Assembly (NCBI GenBank): GCA_001873675.1 | Contig: MNZP01000152.1 | Span: forward strand, 1 to 35,578 | Reading direction: 5' to 3' | Origin: Syntrophaceae bacterium CG2_30_49_12 | GTDB taxonomy: Bacteria; Desulfobacterota; Syntrophia; Syntrophales; CG2-30-49-12 | Length of the DNA: 35,578 bases | Part shown: positions 25,560 to 33,565 of the stretch, piece by piece | Position numbering within the stretch: position 1 is the stretch's first letter | Layout of the letters: the number at the start of each line of letters is the position of its first letter | The notes under the pieces: generated by a model | The model's input: only the letters and a program-made list of their open reading frames with translations | The model's database searches: none | Told to the model about the DNA's origin: nothing | Translations under genes and position numbers: made by a program

Positions 25560-26315
25560 ATGAGACTTGAAGGAAGGGTTGCTATTGTCACTGGCGCTGC
25601 AGGGGCAGGTATCGGTCAGGGTGTATCCTGGGCTTTGGCCAGGGAGGGGGCAAATGTTGTAGTTAGTGATGCCCATCCCAAGAGGCCATTTCAGGTAGCA
25701 GAAGATATTAAGTCTGAAACGGGGCGAGAGGCCCTGGGTATTGTGTGTGATGTAACAAAGAATGAAGAGATAACCAATATGGTTAAGGAAACACTGGATA
25801 AGTTCGGAAGGATAGACATCCTGGTGAACAATGCCGGTGGAAATAAACTTCAGCAGGTAGTTGATATGGATGAAGAGGTGTGGGATTTCGTTATAAACGT
25901 TAATCTTAAGTCTACCTTTCTGTGCTGTAAAGCGGTCCTTCCCACGATGATTAAACAGAAGTATGGAAGAATTGTCAACCTTTCGTCTTCCATATTTTTA
26001 GTCGGTTCTAAGGATGGTGAGGCCCATTACACGGCAGCGAAGGCGGGTATTGTCGGGTTTACGAGGGCTTTATGTAGAGAGGTGGGCGAACATAATATTA
26101 CGGTAAACGCTATCGCACCAGGGCTGATAATGAACGAGTTTCTCCTCAGAATTTATCCCAAAGAGTATTTCGACGATTTTGAAAAAAACGTTCCTCTCGG
26201 AAGAAGTGGAAAGCCTTCGGACATAGCCGGTGCTGTGTTATTTCTCGTCACCGATGAGGGGAGTTATATGACCGGCCAGACGCTTTCTGTAAGTGGCGGG
26301 TGGACCACATATTAA
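25560..26315 (+). CDS. short-chain dehydrogenase/reductase (FabG-like)
   Basis: Start set to ATG 25560 after AAGGAGG. Cofactor motif TGAAGAGIGQG, NNAG, and catalytic YTAAKAG (Y-x3-K). Confidence 0.85.
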   Translation: MRLEGRVAIVTGAAGAGIGQGVSWALAREGANVVVSDAHPKRPFQVAEDIKSETGREALGIVCDVTKNEEITNMVKETLDKFGRIDILVNNAGGNKLQQVVDMDEEVWDFVINVNLKSTFLCCKAVLPTMIKQKYGRIVNLSSSIFLVGSKDGEAHYTAAKAGIVGFTRALCREVGEHNITVNAIAPGLIMNEFLLRIYPKEYFDDFEKNVPLGRSGKPSDIAGAVLFLVTDEGSYMTGQTLSVSGGWTTY

Positions 26316-26442
26316 AAACATCCGGGGCAAATCCTATTTAACCTGGTAGAGTCTGTCCGACAACGTCATTCCGAGGCATTAGCCGAGGAATCTTGAATTT
26401 GCAACTAACTGTATTTATAAGATTCTTCACTTCGTTCAGGTA

Positions 26443-26547
26443 AATATTCGGTTAACCCGTTAACCCGTTAGCCGGTTTGCCAGTTAGTCCGGTTAGCAGA
26501 TTGGTAACAATAAACCGGTTAACCGGCCAACGGGTTAACTGAATATT
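26443..26547 (+). repeat. long imperfect hairpin built from GGTTAAC/CCGTTAG-type short repeats
   Basis: AATATTCGGTTAACCCGTTAACCCGTTAGCCGGTTTGCCAGTTAGTCCGGTTAGC ... CCGGTTAACCGGCCAACGGGTTAACTGAATATT. The outer 19 nt of the arms pair with one mismatch, and the inner parts pair imperfectly. It lies in the 278-bp gap between the SDR and hgdB-like genes. Confidence 0.8.
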
Positions 26548-26593
26548 ACTAAATAACTTTAGGCACTTAAAAGGTAGGAGAAAGGAGAGCAGT

Positions 26594-27736
26594 ATGGAAA
26601 AGGTATTGAGTAAGATTGGAGAGGTCACATCAGATCCTTACGCCTATGTTGCTGGACTCAAGGAGCGTAAGAATAAGAAGATTATTGGATGCTTCCCCAT
26701 GCACGTTCCGGAAGAGATAGTCCATGCAGCCGATTTGATTCCTGTCGTCATATGGAGAGGCAACGAACCGGTAACATGGGGACATGCTCATGTACCACCG
26801 TATGATTGTGGTATTACAAGAAGCTTCGTTGATGATGCAGTGAGAGGAAAACTGGATTTTATGGATGGGCTGGTCTTCCATGTAAGACAATGCCTGCAGG
26901 CGGGAGAGTTTCCCTTTATTATGGAGAGGCATTTTAAGCCTGCCTACCAAAAGATTCTATACCTTCCTGCCATCTATCCCGGCAATGCCACGAGGGATTT
27001 TGCACTAAAGGAAATGGAATCTTTCAAGACATCGTTAGAAGACTTCACCGGCAAAAAGATCAGCGATGACATCCTCAAGAAGAGTATTGAAATATATAAT
27101 AAGAACCGCAGCCTTATGGAAAAGATCTATGAAATGCGGCGGGAAAAACCGGAGATCTTGAAGGCAAAAGAGGTCATGCAGATAGTATGGTCAAGCATGT
27201 TGATGCCCAAAGAAGACCACAACGAATTGCTGACAGAGCTTATTTCTGGGATGGGAAAAAAGACGGTGGAAGCCAAAAAAGAAAGGATTAAGGTTATCCT
27301 CGTTGGCTGTCTCTGCCAGACCCTTCAATTTGACATCCTTGACCTGATAGAAGATCTGGGAATGATTGTCCCTGACGATGATCTCTACATCGGTTCAAGA
27401 TACTTTGCAAATAAAGTAAAGCTGGAGGGTAATCCCATGGAGGCCCTTGTGGATCGCTATCTTACCAAAAGCCCTCTCTGTCCGACCAAGGGAGTCTGGG
27501 ATATCCATTGGGGTGATGAGGCTATAAAGAAGATGAAGGATAACAATGCCAGGGGTATCATCAGCATCCTCGTAAAATACTGTCCTCCTCACGCATGTTA
27601 TTATCCTGACTTTAGAAGCAAGATGGAGAAAGAGGGGGTACATGAAACAATGATACAGATGGAACACGAGATCATGACTCTGGAAGGGATAAAAACCAGG
27701 TTGCAGTCATTTGCAGAGATGATAGGAGGTGTATAA
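26594..27736 (+). CDS. 2-hydroxyacyl-CoA dehydratase / benzoyl-CoA reductase BcrC-HgdB-like family subunit
   Basis: SD GGTAGGAGAAAGGAG. The N-terminal KKIIGCFPMHVPEEIVHAADLIPVV is typical of the HGD-D family as I recall it. 380 aa. The stop overlaps the next start (TAATG at 27734-27738). Confidence 0.65.
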   Translation: MEKVLSKIGEVTSDPYAYVAGLKERKNKKIIGCFPMHVPEEIVHAADLIPVVIWRGNEPVTWGHAHVPPYDCGITRSFVDDAVRGKLDFMDGLVFHVRQCLQAGEFPFIMERHFKPAYQKILYLPAIYPGNATRDFALKEMESFKTSLEDFTGKKISDDILKKSIEIYNKNRSLMEKIYEMRREKPEILKAKEVMQIVWSSMLMPKEDHNELLTELISGMGKKTVEAKKERIKVILVGCLCQTLQFDILDLIEDLGMIVPDDDLYIGSRYFANKVKLEGNPMEALVDRYLTKSPLCPTKGVWDIHWGDEAIKKMKDNNARGIISILVKYCPPHACYYPDFRSKMEKEGVHETMIQMEHEIMTLEGIKTRLQSFAEMIGGV

Positions 27737-28995
27737 TGGATGTGCAATATAAAGTAAACAGGCTTAAAACAACGAATGAGATCAGGCCGTTGGTAGATAA
27801 ACACTGGGCTGACCTGAGAACAGCCAAGGAAAGAGGAGAGATGGTGGCATGGGCATCGGGCCCCACATTCATATTCGCTTATGCAATGGGCATGAAATGT
27901 CACTTTATGGCCGGTTATGCCGCATACTGCGGCGGCATAGGGGCAGGAGAAGAGGTGTTAAAGGTGGCAGAGATGGCGGGAGACCTTCCTGAAACATGCT
28001 CCTATCATCGGCTTCACATGGGGATGGGCGAAGCGGTAGCCAGAGGGATACCAATAAATCCACAGGCAATACTTCCCATGCCTGATTTGATGATAGCGGG
28101 TCGCCTCTGCCCGGAGATGTCCCATTATGCTGAAGGGCTTCATCGAAGATTTGGAGTTCGAGTTTTGCCTATTGATCTTCCCGCTGTTTTCAATGTAGAA
28201 GACATGCCCCGAATAAAAGAATTTGTTTACAGGCAATTTAAAGAGGTTGTTATACCGACTTTTGAAGATGTATGCGGAAGGCCCTTCGATTATGATCGAA
28301 TGAGTGAGATATTAAGAATACTCAAAAAAGTAGCCACCCTCAGAAATCAGTGTTGGGAATTTTTTAAGGACAAACCCTCTCGTTGGACACTCTGGGACTA
28401 TGGTGTAAGTATTGCGCCTGTTTTCTATTTGATGGGAAATCCGGCGGGTATTGCCTATTACGAAAGACTCCTTAACGAGTTACAAGAGCGGAGAGAAAAG
28501 AATATCCCTGCAGTAGCCCCGGATGGAGAGAAATACCGGTTATACTGGGACGGGTGGCTTCCCTGGGCATTTTTAGGCAAATTTATGCGCAAATTTATCC
28601 CTCATGGCGCCGTTTGCCTCTGCGGAAGATATCCCTGGGAGTTTTTCCCCCATCCGGAACTGATTGACCCTGAACATCCTGTTGAGACCTGGGCAGATCT
28701 ATATTATGGGATGGAAAGTCATCTGATTTATACCTTCTCCCCTAAGGGAACAATAGACTTGATAGGTAAGTTGATTGAGGACTACTCCCTTGACGGACTC
28801 ATCATGTTTTCCTCCAAAACATGCAGGATAATGAACCTCGCCCAACCGGATGTAATAGATGTGTTGGATAAAAAGTACGGGGTTCCTGGAGTAATTGTTG
28901 AAGGAGACATGATTGATTCAGCTATGATTTCAGATAATCAGATAGAGACAAGGCTTCAGGCGTTATACGAAATGATAGATTCAAGAAGGAGGTAA
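27736..28995 (+). CDS. 2-hydroxyacyl-CoA dehydratase / BcrB-HgdA-like family subunit
   Basis: 419 aa, start overlaps the stop of the preceding subunit (TAATG). GEMVAWASGPTFIFAYAMGM...ETCSYHRL and the later C-containing segments resemble the partner subunit of HGD-D family heterodimers. Confidence 0.6.
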   Translation: MDVQYKVNRLKTTNEIRPLVDKHWADLRTAKERGEMVAWASGPTFIFAYAMGMKCHFMAGYAAYCGGIGAGEEVLKVAEMAGDLPETCSYHRLHMGMGEAVARGIPINPQAILPMPDLMIAGRLCPEMSHYAEGLHRRFGVRVLPIDLPAVFNVEDMPRIKEFVYRQFKEVVIPTFEDVCGRPFDYDRMSEILRILKKVATLRNQCWEFFKDKPSRWTLWDYGVSIAPVFYLMGNPAGIAYYERLLNELQERREKNIPAVAPDGEKYRLYWDGWLPWAFLGKFMRKFIPHGAVCLCGRYPWEFFPHPELIDPEHPVETWADLYYGMESHLIYTFSPKGTIDLIGKLIEDYSLDGLIMFSSKTCRIMNLAQPDVIDVLDKKYGVPGVIVEGDMIDSAMISDNQIETRLQALYEMIDSRRR

Positions 28996-29024
28996 GACTG
29001 AAAGCTGTTGTTCCGGGCGCCAAA

Positions 29025-30974
29025 ATGGCAGAGAAAGAAAAATATAGAAGCTGGGTCGAGGTAGACCTGGACAATTTCAACCACAACTGGGATGAGATAA
29101 AGAGGCTGGTCGGCCGGGAGGTCAAGATCCTCCAGGTAGTCAAAGCAGACGCCTATGGTCACGGGGCAATTGAGATCTCCAATTGCGCCCTGAAAAAAGG
29201 CGCCGCCGTTCTGGGGGTTGCCAATGCCGACGAAGGTGTGCAGCTTCGGATAAGCGGGATCACGGCCCCCATACTGATCCTCAGCCCAGCTACGGACTCT
29301 GAAATCAATGAAATTATTAAGTATAATTTGATACCGTCGGTATCGGATCTTCGCTTCGCCCGACAACTTCAGAAACAATACAAAAAGGCAGGCATCAGGA
29401 CGCCGGTCCATATCGAGGTAGATACAGGGATGGGCAGGGGTGGAACGATGCATCAGGAGGCCTTCTCCACGATTCAGGAAATACTTGGATTTCCCAATAT
29501 CATCGTGGAAGGTATCTTCACCCACCTTGCCGCAAGCGAGGTCATCACCGGCTACAATGAGACGCAGTGGAACCTTTTTAAGGAACTTCTCGACAAGCTG
29601 GAGGCGAATAATATCCACATTCCCATCAAACATATCTCCAACAGTGGCGCCGTCCTGAACTTTCCCCATTTTCATCTCGATATGGTACGCGCCGGCATCA
29701 TGACTTACGGGATCCATCCCTCGCCGGAAACAGAAACAATGGCATCGCTTGCCCCGGTCATGAGTTTCAAGACCAGGGTGGTCCTGATCAAGGAATTCCC
29801 GAGAGGATACAGCATCGGTTACGGCAGATCTTACACCACCCAGAGGAGCGCCACTATCGCCACCATACCGGTCGGATACGGCGACGGATACGGCTTTATT
29901 CTTTCCAATCAAGGAGAGGTCCTGATCAGGGGAGTCCGTGCGCCGATTGTGGGACGTATCTCCATGGATATGTGTACCGCCGATGTCAGTAATATCAGAG
30001 ATTGTCGGATAGGCGATGAGGTTGTCCTGATGGGACGTCAGGGTGAGGAGTGCATTTCTGCCAATGAAATTGCCGAGAGGGTAAAAACCATCAGCTATGA
30101 GATTCTCTGTGCCCTGGGAAAACGGGCGCCACGTATCTTTCTGCAAAAGGGGACAACAGGCGCCATCGAGCCGCGCCTGAGGAGGATATTCATCCCGGAC
30201 GAGGAGAAATCCATCTCCCGGATTGACAACATTATCCGATGCTGTTTCCAGACAAGGGCACAGAATGCAGAGTTTGGCGACGCCATATATTATGAAATGT
30301 TTGAAACCCTTTTCGGCAAAGAAGACCGTCAGTTAGAACTGAGGACCAACTTCAGATACGACATAAATGTCTCAGACCCTACAGGGCAGGAGACGGTAGA
30401 GCCTCTCGCAGGGGATTACTTCAATGTGACCACCCACATCGAGTATACGAAGACCCTGAGAAATCATATATTTATTGTCGGTTGCGCCACAAATAACGAG
30501 CAACTGGCCGCACTTTTCGAGGACAGGCGATGCGAATACCGTTGGCTTCTAAATCACGGTGGCGATTCCGTTACGGAGAGGTATTTCATGGTTGAGGAGG
30601 TGCGGATTGACAGGCAGAGCATCCCGATTATCAAAAGAGAAAACACGGAAAAGGGTTATGAAGTCTGGTGCGGCGGGGAGCATCTCAGGGGAAAGTTGAA
30701 CAGGCCCGTCAAGGTGGAGATTGAAATCGCCACGAGGAAATCCAAGAAAAACAATGACTTTTCCGTCTATCTCGTGTACCCTACGAGGGGGCTTTCGATA
30801 TCGTTCAACTATGGGGGGACAAAGATCAAGAATGTAAGGGAGGTCAGCTTCTTCGCCGGTAAACACCCCTATCCGGAAATTATCCGGGAAGAAGGAAAAT
30901 TAATCAAGCTGAAAATCAGCGAAAACGAGTGGATATTCCCCAACAGCGGTGTTACCTTTATCTGGGATCTGTGA
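29025..30974 (+). CDS. alr: alanine racemase fused to a ~275-aa C-terminal domain of unknown function
   Basis: Residues 1-~375 form a complete Alr: PLP-Lys motif VVKADAYGHG, HIEVDTGMGRGG, catalytic Tyr context GYSIGYGRSY, PVGYGDGY, and RISMDMC. Residues ~376-649 (30150-30971) have no motif I recognise. Confidence 0.85.
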   Translation: MAEKEKYRSWVEVDLDNFNHNWDEIKRLVGREVKILQVVKADAYGHGAIEISNCALKKGAAVLGVANADEGVQLRISGITAPILILSPATDSEINEIIKYNLIPSVSDLRFARQLQKQYKKAGIRTPVHIEVDTGMGRGGTMHQEAFSTIQEILGFPNIIVEGIFTHLAASEVITGYNETQWNLFKELLDKLEANNIHIPIKHISNSGAVLNFPHFHLDMVRAGIMTYGIHPSPETETMASLAPVMSFKTRVVLIKEFPRGYSIGYGRSYTTQRSATIATIPVGYGDGYGFILSNQGEVLIRGVRAPIVGRISMDMCTADVSNIRDCRIGDEVVLMGRQGEECISANEIAERVKTISYEILCALGKRAPRIFLQKGTTGAIEPRLRRIFIPDEEKSISRIDNIIRCCFQTRAQNAEFGDAIYYEMFETLFGKEDRQLELRTNFRYDINVSDPTGQETVEPLAGDYFNVTTHIEYTKTLRNHIFIVGCATNNEQLAALFEDRRCEYRWLLNHGGDSVTERYFMVEEVRIDRQSIPIIKRENTEKGYEVWCGGEHLRGKLNRPVKVEIEIATRKSKKNNDFSVYLVYPTRGLSISFNYGGTKIKNVREVSFFAGKHPYPEIIREEGKLIKLKISENEWIFPNSGVTFIWDL

Positions 30975-30979
30975 TCGTA

Positions 30980-31102
30980 ATACCATTTCGCTTTCTTTGG
31001 CTAACTTTGTTGGCTTCGTCGTCGGCGCCCTCGACGTATTAGTAATACGCCTGCGGCGACTCCTCCTTGCCGCCGCGTTATCCTTTGAAAGCGAAATGGT
31101 AT
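30980..31102 (+). repeat. 123-bp MITE-like element, copy 3 (orientation A)
   Basis: Identical to copy 1 except C at 31028 (T at 1644). Starts 6 nt after the alr-fusion stop and ends 38 nt before the crotonase ATG. Confidence 0.9.
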
Positions 31103-31140
31103 AAGATGGACAAAAGTGCATACTGAAAGGAATTTAAGAA

Positions 31141-32061
31141 ATGGAGATTCAATTAGAGACTGTTGTTTACGAAGCAAAGGACATGGTAGCCAGGATCAAG
31201 ATAAATCGCCCGGAGGCAAAAAACAGTTTAAACATGCAACTGATGAAAGATCTGTGCACCGCCCTGGAGGAGGCTGAGAAAGACCCCGGGGTTGGAGTAG
31301 TAGTGATTACGGGAAGCGGTGATAAGTTTTTCTGTCCCGGCCTTGATCTGAACTGGGCAAAGTCCCTCTTCAACAATACCCATGATGTCTGGGTTATGAA
31401 CAATCAATATGCCCGCATAATTTATAATATAAGATACATCGGGAAGCCCGTTATTACGAGGATAAACGGGATAACCGCCGGTGGAGGTTGTGAGATTCTT
31501 ATTGCCAGCGACCTTTCCATCGCTGCAGAACATGCCAAATTCCAGCAGGGTGAAGGGGGGGTAGGGGCTGTAGCAAGCTATGCAACCCAGTCGCTTACCC
31601 CTATCATAGGTGACAGGAGGACAAGATGGTTTCTATTTACCGATGAGATCATAGATGCAAAGACCGCTCTTGAATACGGCCTGATCAATAAAGTGGTCTC
31701 CTATGAAGATCTGGACAGAGAAGTGGACAATCTCTGCCAGACTCTCCTGAGTAAAGCCCCATGGTCTCTGAGGTTCACCAAAGATCAGATTAATGTGTGG
31801 TTTGATATGGTTTCTCATACCCTGCGCCAGGGGAACGACTTCTGGAGCTTACAGTCAGCAACCCCCGAACCCCTGGAGGGTATCGGTTCTTTCCTGGAAA
31901 AGAGGACTCCGGAACATATTAAATTAAGGGAAAAAACGGCGAAAGGTCAGTCCCATACCTTTCTCTGGGGGCCTCCCACAAAAACATGTCCGAAGTGTAA
32001 AACGGCACATCTGCCTGAAGAATTCTCCTTCTGTGGTAAATGTGGGGCCAGAGTAGAATAA
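31141..32061 (+). CDS. enoyl-CoA hydratase/isomerase (crotonase) family protein with C-terminal zinc-ribbon tail
   Basis: Crotonase signature VVVITGSGDKFFCPGLDL and GITAGGGCEILIASD. The last 31 aa, WGPPTKTCPKCKTAHLPEEFSFCGKCGARVE, carry C-x2-C ... C-x2-C. Confidence 0.8.
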   Translation: MEIQLETVVYEAKDMVARIKINRPEAKNSLNMQLMKDLCTALEEAEKDPGVGVVVITGSGDKFFCPGLDLNWAKSLFNNTHDVWVMNNQYARIIYNIRYIGKPVITRINGITAGGGCEILIASDLSIAAEHAKFQQGEGGVGAVASYATQSLTPIIGDRRTRWFLFTDEIIDAKTALEYGLINKVVSYEDLDREVDNLCQTLLSKAPWSLRFTKDQINVWFDMVSHTLRQGNDFWSLQSATPEPLEGIGSFLEKRTPEHIKLREKTAKGQSHTFLWGPPTKTCPKCKTAHLPEEFSFCGKCGARVE

Positions 32062-32106
32062 TCGGTTAAAACATCAGTCGTCAGTCATCAATAAAAAAAA
32101 CAGCCG

Positions 32107-32613
32107 ATGCGTAAAAGAACTCACTATACAAAACTCCAGAGATTGGAAGATGTCCTCCAGGCGACCCTGAAAAGGCGGAAAATCTTCCTGAATTTTGAGG
32201 ATAAACGTTTCCTTCCCGTATGGAATAAGGCTGTGGGGCCGCAGATCGCGGCCCAGAGCCGCCCCGGCAACTTGAAGGGAGAAACCCTTTTCGTCAAGGT
32301 CTCCAACTCCGTATGGATGCAACAGCTTCATTTCCTGAAAGAGGAGATTATCGGAAAGATGAATCAAGCGTTAGGAGGGGCAAAGATAAAAAATATCTAC
32401 TTCTCCATCGGTGAGATCCCCCCGGCGCCGCTGAAAGGAGAAGAAAAACAGCCCTTTTTCATGGCATCACATCTCTTAAACGATAGAGACAGGAAACTGA
32501 TTGAAGAAAGTATCGCCTCTCTACCGGATCAGGAACTGAGGGAGATACTGAAAAGGATGATGACCAAAGAGATCAGTCGGCGGAGATTCATGGAAAATCA
32601 GAAACATCCTTAA
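32107..32613 (+). CDS. dciA: DUF721 / DciA-like protein
   Basis: VWNKAVGPQIAAQSRPGNLKGETLFVKVSNSVWMQQLHFLKEEIIGKMNQALG...IKNIYF fits the DUF721 core pattern (W..aVG..ia..t.p..l..g.L.v.v.ss.W..eL...k..il..ln). The assignment is from memory of the family. Confidence 0.6.
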   Translation: MRKRTHYTKLQRLEDVLQATLKRRKIFLNFEDKRFLPVWNKAVGPQIAAQSRPGNLKGETLFVKVSNSVWMQQLHFLKEEIIGKMNQALGGAKIKNIYFSIGEIPPAPLKGEEKQPFFMASHLLNDRDRKLIEESIASLPDQELREILKRMMTKEISRRRFMENQKHP

Positions 32614-33388
32614 AGAGGCGGTTCATTGCCTCCGAGTAACTGCCGTCTTCTTCATAGATGACAAGAGGAGGAAGTACCTCCAGTTCTTCTCCCGCCCCCT
32701 TAATCCCCTCTACGAGGATGAACTCCCCCCGCGAGAAGCGGTTTGAATGCACCAACCGTAATCTTTTGGGCTCCAGATGGGCCGTCCTCATCTGAAAGAG
32801 GAGTTCCACCATCCTAACGGCCGGGTAGATGGTGTACGCGCTCCCTGATTCTTTTAAGACGTACCCTACCGCCCTCAGAAAATCATTTAGGGAACCTTTG
32901 ATCTCATGCCTGGCCACAGCCTTCTGGTAATCGGGATTAATTCTCCCGGAACCCTGCCTTCTATAGGGAGGATTGAAAATCGCCGCATCGAACGACTGTG
33001 GAGCGAAAAGGAACTCTATCTTCCTTATGTCTCCCTGGCGAATACTGATCTTATCCTCCAGGTTGTTCATCTCCACGCTTCGCCTGGCCATGTCAACCAG
33101 TTCTTCCTGGATTTCAACGCCAACTATTTTCCCATATTCCCATCGCCTGGCCATGATCAAGGAGATAATCCCACTGCCGGCTCCCATGTCGAGGACATCT
33201 TCTCCTTCTTTCAAACGGACAGAATGGGCCAAGAGAAGGGCATCGAGGGAAAACCGGTACCCTTTTTCTTTCTGAATTATCCTGAGCTGTCCCCCCAGGA
33301 TCCCATCTACGGTTTCCCCTTTCAGGGCTGTGAAGGGGGCGCCTTTAGACCTGTCTCCTGCGATCTCCTGCCGGGTCGTTCTGATCAC
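32588..33388 (-). CDS. SAM-dependent methyltransferase, tRNA1(Val) m6A37 TrmN6/YfiC-like (COG4123-type)
   Basis: IIQKEKGYRFSLDALLLA N-terminal pattern, SAM motif I VLDMGAGSGIISL, and motif IV FNPPY. The 3' end overlaps the convergent dciA-like gene by 26 bp. Confidence 0.7.
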   Translation of the reverse strand: MIRTTRQEIAGDRSKGAPFTALKGETVDGILGGQLRIIQKEKGYRFSLDALLLAHSVRLKEGEDVLDMGAGSGIISLIMARRWEYGKIVGVEIQEELVDMARRSVEMNNLEDKISIRQGDIRKIEFLFAPQSFDAAIFNPPYRRQGSGRINPDYQKAVARHEIKGSLNDFLRAVGYVLKESGSAYTIYPAVRMVELLFQMRTAHLEPKRLRLVHSNRFSRGEFILVEGIKGAGEELEVLPPLVIYEEDGSYSEAMNRLFKDVSDFP

Positions 33389-33467
33389 GATGCTGCCTTT
33401 CCTATAAATCCATCAGCTTCAGGCGCTTTCCGCTTTGCCGCATCCGTTAAGAGGATAGTAACTATTC

Positions 33468-33560
33468 AGGTTCAAAGTTCCGGGGTTCACGGTTCAAGGT
33501 TAAGACAAGAAAATCAAAGACATAGAACCGTGAACCGTGAACCGTGAACCTGACAACCTG
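33468..33560 (-). repeat. heptad-repeat hairpin element, copy B (inverted relative to copy A)
   Basis: On the minus strand it reads CAGGTTGTCAGGTTCACGGTTCACGGTTCACGGTTC...TAACCTTGAACCGTGAACCCCGGAACTTTGAACCT. The right arm matches copy A at 34 of 35 nt. The left arm has a different number and type of heptads, and the loop is shorter. Confidence 0.85.
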
Positions 33561-33565
33561 GGTAG

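Noticed and set aside
28956-30146. A 396-aa ORF on the minus strand, antisense to the alanine racemase gene.
   Set aside because: The plus-strand frame carries unmistakable Alr motifs (VVKADAYGHG, PVGYGDGY and others). The antisense product is a low-complexity Gly/Asp/Arg/His-rich sequence with no SD. This is the typical stop-free shadow frame of a biased coding region.
32075-32089. CAGTCGT CAGTCAT tandem just after the crotonase stop, resembling the CAGGTCGTCAGGTTCAC start of the heptad hairpin elements.
   Set aside because: Only two degenerate units with no complementary arm downstream. It could be a remnant but is too short to call.
32588-32613. A 26-bp overlap of the 3' ends of the convergent dciA-like and methyltransferase genes, considered as a possible antisense regulatory arrangement.
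   Set aside because: Short convergent overlaps are common in compact genomes, and nothing else in the sequence points to regulation.
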